A stretch of 64,000 bases of DNA from Eledone cirrhosa (lineage: Eukaryota). Position 1 is the stretch's first letter; the number at the start of each line of letters is the position of its first letter. This document shows positions 53,301-64,000 of this stretch, in pieces. The translations under genes were made by a program, and so were the position numbers. The notes beneath the pieces were generated by a model. The model saw nothing but the letters and a program-made list of their open reading frames with translations, searched no databases and was not told where the DNA came from. The stretch spans positions 427,738,001 to 427,802,000 of the forward strand of contig OZ024740.1 in NCBI GenBank assembly GCA_964016885.1, read 5' to 3'.

Positions 53301-56300
53301 TATAAAATTCTACCCTATCTCAGTGTACCATAGTTATATAAAACTCTACCCTATCTCAGTGTTGTATAGTTATATAAAACACTACCCTATCTCAGTGTAC
53401 CATAGTTATATAAAACTCTACCCTATCTCACTCTACCATCGTTATATAAAACTCTACCCTATCTCAGTGTACCATAGCTATATGAAACTCTACCCTATCT
53501 CAGTGTTGTATAGTTATATAAAACTCTACCCTATCTCAGTGTTGTATAGTTATATAAAACTGTACGCTATCACAGTATACCACAGTTATATAAAACTCTA
53601 CCCTATCTCAGTGTACCATAGTTATATAAAACTCTACCCTATCTCACTCTACCATAGTTATATAAAACTCTACCCTATCTCAGTGTACCATAGTTATATA
53701 AAACTCTACCCTATCTCACTCTACCATAGATATATAAAACTCTACCCTATCTCAGTGCACCATAGTTATAGAAAACTCTACCCTATCTCAGTGTACCATA
53801 GTTATATAAAACTCTACCCTATCTCAGTGTACCATAGTTATATAAAACTCTACCCTATATCAGTGTTGTATAGTTATATAAAACTCTACCCTATCTCAGT
53901 GTACCATAGTTATATAAAACTCTACCCTATCTCACTGTTGTATAGTTATATAAAACTCTACCCTATCTCAGTGTACCATAGTTATATAAAACTCTACCCT
54001 ATCTCAGTGTTGTATAGTTATATAAAACTCTACCCTATCTCAGTGTACCATAGTTATATAAAACTCTACCCTATCTCAGTGTACCATAGTTATATAAAAC
54101 TCTACCCTATCTCAGTGTACCATAGTTATATAAAACTCTACCCTATCTCAGAGTACCATAGTTATATAAAACTCTACCCTATCTCAGTGTTGTATAGTTA
54201 TATAAAACACTACCCTATCTCACTGTACCATAGTTATATAAAACTCTACCCTATCTCAGTGTACCATAGTTATATAAAACTCTACCCTATCTCAGTGTTG
54301 TATAGTTATATAAAACTCTACCCTATCTCACTGTACCATAGTTATGTAAAACTCTACCCTATCTCAGTGTACCATAGTTATATAAAACTCTACCCTATCT
54401 CACTGTACCATGGTTATATAAAAATTTACCCTATCTCAGTGTACCATAGTTATATAAAACTCTACCCTATCTCACTCTACCATAGTTATATAAAACTCTA
54501 CCCTATCTCAGTGTACCATAGTTATATAAAACTCTACCCTATCTCACTCTACCATAGATATATAAAACTCTACCCTATCTCAGTGCACCATAGTTATAGA
54601 AAACTCTACCCTATCTCAGTGTACCATAGTTATATAAAACTCTACCCTATCTCAGTGTACCATAGTTATATAAAACTCTACCCTATCTCAGTGTTGTATA
54701 GTTATATAAAACTCTACCCTATCTCAGTGTACCATAGTTATATAAAACTCTACCCTAACTCACTGTTGTATAGTTATATAAAACTCTACCCTATCTCAGT
54801 GTACCATAGTTATATAAAACTCTACTCTATCTCAGTGTACCATAGTTATATAAAACTCTACCCTATCTCAGTGTACCATAGTTATATAAAACTCTACCCT
54901 ATCTCAGTGTTGTATAGTTATATAAAACACTACCCTATCTCACTGTCCCATAGTTATATAAAACTCTACCCTATCTCAGTGCACCATAGTTATATAAAAC
55001 TCTACCCTATCTCAGTGTACCATAGTTATATGAAACTCTACCCTATCTCAGTGTTGTATAGTTATATAAAACTCTACCCTATCTCAGTGTTGTATAGTTA
55101 TATAAAACTGTACGCTATCACAGTATACCACAGTTATATAAAACTCTACCCTATCTCAGTGTACCATAGTTATATAAAACTCTACCCTATCTCACTCTAC
55201 CATCGTTATATAAAACTCTACCCTATCTCAGTGTACCATAGTTATATGAAACTCTACCCTATCTCAGTGTTGTATAGTTATATAAAACTCTACCCTATCT
55301 CAGTGTTGTATAGTTATATAAAACTGTACGCTATCACAGTATACCACAGTTATATAAAACTCTACCCTATCTCAGTGTACCATAGTTATATAAAACTCTA
55401 CCCTATCTCACTCTACCATAGTTATATAAAACTCTACCCTATCTCAGTGTACCATAGTTATATAAAACTCTACCCTATCTCACTCTACCATAGATATATA
55501 AAACTCTACCCTATCTCAGTGCACCATAGTTATAGAAAACACTACCCTATCTCAGTGTACCATAGTTATATAAAACTCTACCCTATCTCAGTGTACCATA
55601 GTTATATAAAACTCTACCCTATCTCAGTGTTGTATAGTTATATAAAACTCTACCCTATCTCAGTGTACCATAGTTATATAAAACTCTACCCTATCTCACT
55701 GTTGTATAGTTATATAAAACTCTACCCTATCTCAGTGTACCATAGTTATATAAAACTCTACCCTATCTCAGTGTTGTATAGTTATATAAAACTCTACCCT
55801 ATCTCAGTGTACCATAGTTATATAAAACTCTACCCTATCTCAGTGTACCATAGTTATATAAAACTCTACCCTATCTCAGTGTACCATAGTTATATAAAAC
55901 TCTACCCTATCTCAGAGTACCATAGTTATATAAAACTCTACCCTATCTCAGTGTTGTATAGTTATATAAAACACTACCCTATCTCACTGTACCATAGTTA
56001 TATAAAACTCTACCCTATCTCAGTGTACCATAGTTATATAAAACTCTACCCTATCTCAGTGTTGTATAGTTATATAAAACTCTACCCTATCTCACTGTAC
56101 CATAGTTATGTAAAACTCTACCCTATCTCAGTGTACCATAGTTATATAAAACTCTACCCTATCTCACTGTACCATGGTTATATAAAAATTTACCCTATCT
56201 CAGTGTACCATAGTTATATAAAACTCTACCCTATCTCACTCTACCATAGTTATATAAAACTCTAACCTATCTCAGTGTACCATAGTTATATAAAACTCTA

Positions 56301-59300
56301 CCCTATCTCACTCTACCATAGATATATAAAACTCTACCCTATCTCAGTGCACCATAGTTATAGAAAACTCTACCCTATCTCAGTGTACCATAGTTATATA
56401 AAACTCTACCCTATCTCAGTGTACCATAGTTATATAAAACTCTACCCTATCTCAGTGTTGTATAGTTATATAAAACTCTACCCTATCTCAGTGTACCATA
56501 GTTATATAAAACTCTACCCTAACTCACTGTTGTATAGTTATATAAAACTCTACCCTATCTCAGTGTACCATAGTTATATAAAACTCTACTCTATCTCAGT
56601 GTACCATAGTTATATAAAACTCTACCCTATCTCAGTGTACCATAGTTATATAAAACTCTACTCTATCTCAGTGTACCATAGTTATATAAAATTCTACCCT
56701 ATCTCAGTGTACCATAGTTATATAAAACTCTACCCTATCTCAGTGTTGTATAGTTATATAAAACACTACCCTATCTCAGTGTACCATAGTTATATAAAAC
56801 TCTACCCTATCTCAGTGCACCATAGTTATATAAAACTCTACCCTATCTCAGTGTACCATAGTTATATGAAACTCTACCCTATCTCAGTGTTGTATAGTTA
56901 TATAAAACTCTACCCTATCTCAGTGTTGTATAGTTATATAAAACTGTACGCTATCACAGTATACCACAGTTATATAAAACTCTACCCTATCTCAGTGTAC
57001 CATAGTTATATAAAACTCTACCCTATCTCAGTGTTGTATAGTTATATAAAACTCTACCCTATCTCAGTGTACCATAGTTATATAAAACTCTACCCTAACT
57101 CACTGTTGTATAGTTATATAAAACTCTACCCTATCTCAGTGTACCATAGTTATATAAAACTCTACTCTATCTCAGTGTACCATAGTTATATAAAACTCTA
57201 CCCTATCTCAGTGTACCATAGTTATATAAAACTCTACTCTATCTCAGTGTACCATAGTTATATAAAACTCTACCCTATCTCAGTGTACCATAGTTATATA
57301 AAACTCTACCCTATCTCAGTGTTGTATAGTTATATAAAACACTACCCTATCTCAGTGTACCATAGTTATATAAAACTCTACCCTATCTCAGTGCACCATA
57401 GTTATATAAAACTCTACCCTATCTCAGTGTACCATAGTTATATGAAACTCTACCCTATCTCAGTGTTGTATAGTTATATAAAACTCTACCCTATCTCAGT
57501 GTACCATAGTTATATAAAACTCTACCCTATCTCAGTGTTGTATAGTTATATAAAACACTACCCTATCTCACTGTCCCATAGTTATATAAAACTCTACCCT
57601 ATCTCAGTGCACCATAGTTATATAAAACTCTACCCTATCTCAGTGTACCATAGTTATATGAAACTCTACCCTATCTCAGTGTTGTATAGTTATATAAAAC
57701 TCTACCCTATCTCAGTGTTGTATAGTTATATAAAACTGTACGCTATCACAGTATACCACAGTTACATAAAACTCTACCCTATCTCAGTGTACCATAGTTA
57801 TATAAAACTCTACCCTATCTCACTCTACCATCGTTATATAAAACTCTACCCTATCTCAGTGTACCATAGTTATATGAAACTCTACCCTATCTCAGTGTTG
57901 TATAGTTATATAAAACTCTACCCTATCTCAGTGTTGTATAGTTATATAAAACTGTACGCTATCACAGTATACCACAGTTATATAAAACTCTACCCTATCT
58001 CAGTGTACCATAGTTATATAAAACTCTACCCTATCTCACTCTACCGTAGTTATATAAAACTCTACCCTATCTCAGTGTACCATAGTTATATAAAACTCTA
58101 CCCTATCTCACTCTACCATAGATATATAAAACTCTACCCTATCTCAGTGCACCATAGTTATAGAAAATACTACCCTATCTCAGTGTACCATAGTTATATA
58201 AAACTCTACCCTATCTCAGTGTACCATAGTTATATAAAACTCTACCCTATCTCAGTGTTGTATAGTTATATAAAACTCTACCCTATCTCAGTGTACCATA
58301 GTTATATAAAACTCTACCCTATCTCACTGTTGTATAGTTATATAAAACTCTACCCTATCTCAGTGTACCATAGTTATATAAAACTCTACCCTATCTCAGT
58401 GTTGTATAGTTATATAAAACTCTACCCTATCTCAGTGTACCATAGTTATATAAAACTCTACCCTATCTCAGTGTACCATAGTTATATAAAACTCTACCCT
58501 ATCTCAGTGTACCATAGTTATATAAAACTCTACCCTATCTCAGAGTACCATAGTTATATAAAACTCTACCCTATCTCAGTGTTGTATAGTTATATAAAAC
58601 ACTACCCTATCTCACTGTACCATAGTTATATAAAACTCTACCCTATCTCAGTGTACCATAGTTATATAAAACTCTACCCTATCTCAGTGTTGTATAGTTA
58701 TATAAAACTCTACCCTATCTCACTGTACCATAGTTATGTAAAACTCTACCCTATCTCAGTGTACCATAGTTATATAAAACTCTACCCTATCTCACTGTAC
58801 CATGGTTATATAAAAATTTACCCTATCTCAGTGTACCATAGTTATATAAAACTCTACCCTATCTCACTCTACCATAGTTATATAAAACTCTAACCTATCT
58901 CAGTGTACCATAGTTATATAAAACTCTACCCTATCTCACTCTACCATAGATATATAAAACTCTACCCTATCTCAGTGCACCATAGTTATAGAAAACTCTA
59001 CCCTATCTCAGTGTACCATAGTTATATAAAACTCTACCCTATCTCAGTGTACCATAGTTATATAAAACTCTACCCTATCTCAGTGTTGTATAGTTATATA
59101 AAACTCTACCCTATCTCAGTGTACCATAGTTATATAAAACTCTACCCTAACTCACTGTTGTATAGTTATATAAAACTCTACCCTATCTCAGTGTACCATA
59201 GTTATATAAAACTCTACTCTATCTCAGTGTACCATAGTTATATAAAACTCTACCCTATCTCAGTGTACCATAGTTATATAAAACTCTACTCTATCTCAGT

Positions 59301-62300
59301 GTACCATAGTTATATAAAATTCTACCCTATCTCAGTGTACCATAGTTATATAAAACTCTACCCTATCTCAGTGTTGTATAGTTATATAAAACACTACCCT
59401 ATCTCAGTGTACCATAGTTATATAAAACTCTACCCTATCTCACTCTACCATAGATATATAAAACTCTACCCTATCTCAGTGCACCATAGTTATAGAAAAC
59501 TCTACCCTATCTCAGTGTACCATAGTTATATAAAACTCTACCCTATCTCAGTGTACCATAGTTATATAAAACTCTACCCTATCTCAGTGTTGTATAGTTA
59601 TATAAAACTCTACCCTATCTCAGTGTACCATAGTTATATAAAACTCTACCCTATCTCACTGTTGTATAGTTATATAAAACTCTACCCTATCTCAGTGTAC
59701 CATAGTTATATAAAACTCTACCCTATCTCAGTGTTGTATAGTTATATAAAACTCTACCCTATCTCAGTGTACCATAGTTATATAAAACTCTACCCTATCT
59801 CAGTGTACCATAGTTATATAAAACTCTACCCTATCTCAGTGTACCATAGTTATATAAAACTCTACCCTATCTCAGAGTACCATAGTTATATAAAACTCTA
59901 CCCTATCTCAGTGCACCATAGTTATAGAAAACTCTACCCTATCTCAGTGTACCATAGTTATATGAAACTCTACCGTATCTCAGTGTACCATAGTTATATA
60001 AAACTCTACCCTATCTCAGTGTTGTATAGTTATATAAAACTCTACCCTATCTCAGTGTACCATAGTTATATAAAACTCTACCCTAACTCACTGTTGTATA
60101 GTTATATAAAACTCTACCCTATCTCAGTGTACCATAGTTATATAAAACTCTACTCTATCTCAGTGTACCATAGTTATATAAAACTCTACCCTATCTCAGT
60201 GTACCATAGTTATATAAAACTCTACCCTATCTCAGTGTTGTATAGTTATATAAAACACTACCCTATCTCACTGTACCATAGTTATATAAAACTCTACCCT
60301 ATCTCAGTGCACCATAGTTATATAAAACTCTAACCTATCTCAGTGTACCATAGTTATATGAAACTCTACCCTATCTCAGTGTTGTATAGTTATATAAAAC
60401 TCTACCCTATCTCAGTGTTGTATAGTTATATAAAACTGTACGCTATCACAGTATACCACAGTTATATAAAACTCTACCCTATCTCAGTGTACCATAGTTA
60501 TATAAAACTCTACCCTATCTCACTCTACCATCGTTATATAAAACTCTACCCTATCTCAGTGTACCATAGTTATATGAAACTCTACCCTATCTCAGTGTTG
60601 TATAGTTATATAAAACTCTACCCTATCTCAGTGTTGTATAGTTATATAAAACTGTACGCTATCACAGTATACCACAGTTATATAAAACTCTACCCTATCT
60701 CAGTGTACCATAGTTATATAAAACTCTACCCTATCTCACTCTACCATAGTTATATAAAACTCTACCCTATCTCAGTGTACCATAGTTATATAAAACTCTA
60801 CCCTATCTCACTCTACCATAGATATATAAAACTCTACCCTATCTCAGTGCACCATAGTTATAGAAAACTCTACCCTATCTCAGTGTACCATAGTTATATA
60901 AAACTCTACCCTATCTCAGTGTACCATAGTTATATAAAACTCTACCCTATATCAGTGTTGTATAGTTATATAAAACTCTACCCTATCTCAGTGTACCATA
61001 GTTATATAAAACTCTACCCTATCTCACTGTTGTATAGTTATATAAAACTCTACCCTATCTCAGTGTACCATAGTTATATAAAACTCTACCCTATCTCAGT
61101 GTTGTATAGTTATATAAAACTCTACCCTATCTCAGTGTACCATAGTTATATAAAACTCTACCCTATCTCAGTGTACCATAGTTATATAAAACTCTACCCT
61201 ATCTCAGTGTACCATAGTTATATAAAACTCTACCCTATCTCAGAGTACCATAGTTATATAAAACTCTACCCTATCTCAGTGTTGTATAGTTATATAAAAC
61301 ACTACCCTATCTCACTGTACCATAGTTATATAAAACTCTACCCTATCTCAGTGTACCATAGTTATATAAAACTCTACCCTATCTCAGTGTTGTATAGTTA
61401 TATAAAACTCTACCCTATCTCACTGTACCATAGTTATGTAAAACTCTACCCTATCTCAGTGTACCATAGTTATATAAAACTCTACCCTATCTCACTGTAC
61501 CATGGTTATATAAAAATTTACCCTATCTCAGTGTACCATAGTTATATAAAACTCTACCCTATCTCACTCTACCATAGTTATATAAAACTCTACCCTATCT
61601 CAGTGTACCATAGTTATATAAAACTCTACCCTATCTCACTCTACCATAGATATATAAAACTCTACCCTATCTCAGTGCACCATAGTTATAGAAAACTCTA
61701 CCCTATCTCAGTGTACCATAGTTATATAAAACTCTACCCTATCTCAGTGTACCATAGTTATATAAAACTCTACCCTATCTCAGTGTTGTATAGTTATATA
61801 AAACTCTACCCTATCTCAGTGTACCATAGTTATATAAAACTCTACCCTAACTCACTGTTGTATAGTTATATAAAACTCTACCCTATCTCAGTGTACCATA
61901 GTTATATAAAACTCTACTCTATCTCAGTGTACCATAGTTATATAAAACTCTACCCTATCTCAGTGTACCATAGTTATATAAAACTCTACCCTATCTCAGT
62001 GTTGTATAGTTATATAAAACACTACCCTATCTCACTGTCCCATAGTTATATAAAACTCTACCCTATCTCAGTGCACCATAGTTATATAAAACTCTACCCT
62101 ATCTCAGTGTACCATAGTTATATGAAACTCTACCCTATCTCAGTGTTGTATAGTTATATAAAACTCTACCCTATCTCAGTGTTGTATAGTTATATAAAAC
62201 TGTACGCTATCACAGTATACCACAGTTATATAAAACTCTACCCTATCTCAGTGTACCATAGTTATATAAAACTCTACCCTATCTCACTCTACCATCGTTA

Positions 62301-64000
62301 TATAAAACTCTACCCTATCTCAGTGTACCATAGTTATATGAAACTCTACCCTATCTCAGTGTTGTATAGTTATATAAAACTCTACCCTATCTCAGTGTTG
62401 TATAGTTATATAAAACTGTACGCTATCACAGTATACCACAGTTATATAAAACTCTACCCTATCTCAGTGTACCATAGTTATATAAAACTCTACCCTATCT
62501 CACTCTACCATAGTTATATAAAACTCTACCCTATCTCAGTGTACCATAGTTATATAAAACTCTACCCTATCTCACTCTACCATAGATATATAAAACTCTA
62601 CCCTATCTCAGTGCACCATAGTTATAGAAAACACTACCCTATCTCAGTGTACCATAGTTATATAAAACTCTACCCTATCTCAGTGTACCATAGTTATATA
62701 AAACTCTACCCTATCTCAGTGTTGTATAGTTATATAAAACTCTACCCTATCTCAGTGTACCATAGTTATATAAAACTCTACCCTATCTCACTGTTGTATA
62801 GTTATATAAAACTCTACCCTATCTCAGTGTACCATAGTTATATAAAACTCTACCCTATCTCAGTGTTGTATAGTTATATAAAACTCTACCCTATCTCAGT
62901 GTACCATAGTTATATAAAACTCTACCCTATCTCAGTGTACCATAGTTATATAAAACTCTACCCTATCTCAGTGTACCATAGTTATATAAAACTCTACCCT
63001 ATCTCAGAGTACCATAGTTATATAAAACTCTACCCTATCTCAGTGTTGTATAGTTATATAAAACACTACCCTATCTCACTGTACCATAGTTATATAAAAC
63101 TCTACCCTATCTCAGTGTACCATAGTTATATAAAACTCTACCCTATCTCAGTGTTGTATAGTTATATAAAACTCTACCCTATCTCACTGTACCATAGTTA
63201 TGTAAAACTCTACCCTATCTCAGTGTACCATAGTTATATAAAACTCTACCCTATCTCACTGTACCATGGTTATATAAAAATTTACCCTATCTCAGTGTAC
63301 CATAGTTATATAAAACTCTACCCTATCTCACTCTACCATAGTTATATAAAACTCTAACCTATCTCAGTGTACCATAGTTATATAAAACTCTACCCTATCT
63401 CACTCTACCATAGATATATAAAACTCTACCCTATCTCAGTGCACCATAGTTATAGAAAACTCTACCCTATCTCAGTGTACCATAGTTATATAAAACTCTA
63501 CCCTATCTCAGTGTACCATAGTTATATAAAACTCTACCCTATCTCAGTGTTGTATAGTTATATAAAACTCTACCCTATCTCAGTGTACCATAGTTATATA
63601 AAACTCTACCCTAACTCACTGTTGTATAGTTATATAAAACTCTACCCTATCTCAGTGTACCATAGTTATATAAAACTCTACTCTATCTCAGTGTACCATA
63701 GTTATATAAAACTCTACCCTATCTCAGTGTACCATAGTTATATAAAACTCTACTCTATCTCAGTGTACCATAGTTATATAAAATTCTACCCTATCTCAGT
63801 GTACCATAGTTATATAAAACTCTACCCTATCTCAGTGTTGTATAGTTATATAAAACACTACCCTATCTCAGTGTACCATAGTTATATAAAACTCTACCCT
63901 ATCTCAGTGTACCATAGTTATATAAAACTCTACCCTATCTCAGTGTTGTATAGTTATATAAAACTCTACCCTATCTCAGTGTACCATAGTTATATAAAAC
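5391..64000. repeat. 36-bp tandem satellite array, main segment (about 1,630 monomers, open at the window edge), with irregular higher-order block duplications
   Basis: Uninterrupted, single-orientation monomers with recurrent variants (CACT/CAGT, TACCAT/TTGTAT, ACAC, ATGT, AGAAAA and others) recurring in fixed order. The only length variants seen are four 1-bp deletions (6688, 11223, 17414, 22669). Confidence 0.99.

Noticed and set aside
260-63357. Long plus-strand ORFs as protein-coding genes
   Set aside because: They follow from a 36-bp unit with one stop-free frame. ORF ends coincide with duplicated point mutations or 1-bp deletions, and there is no unique domain or signal peptide.
1-64000. 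CRISPR array (36-bp repeat length)
   Set aside because: Monomers abut directly with no unique spacers, there are no cas genes or leader, and the context (SINEs, microsatellites) is eukaryotic.
5391-64000. Telomeric repeat, or an information-encoding order of monomer variants
   Set aside because: TACCCTAT only loosely resembles TAACCC, and no telomeric hexamer run is present. The variant order is adequately explained by nested block duplication.

Overview
This window is eukaryotic, non-genic heterochromatin-type DNA. About 94% is one head-to-tail satellite with a 36-bp monomer (consensus TATCTCA[C/G]TGTACCATAGTTATATAAAACTCTACCC; about 45 copies at 1-1641 and about 1,630 at 5391-64000), organised as nested multi-kb block duplications. 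All the long YHSYIKLYPIS ORFs are by-products of the one stop-free frame of this monomer. The only interruption is a 3,749-bp insertion (1642-5390). It sits between an A and a T of one monomer with no target duplication and reads 5'-TC...CTAG-3' on the minus strand, the hallmarks of a non-autonomous Helitron. Empty paralogous sites are visible at 11652|11653 and 17843|17844. The element is atypical in three ways: its terminal 212 bp are duplicated as a perfect inverted repeat, the TC end carries a 19-bp perfect hairpin, and the two ends share subterminal inverted motifs as in Helentron/DINE-1-type elements. It carries three copies of a tRNA-derived SINE (one with a 15-bp TSD; from memory it resembles an abundant Octopus family), a small hAT-like MITE and simple repeats. 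No real CDS, RNA gene or CRISPR array is supported.
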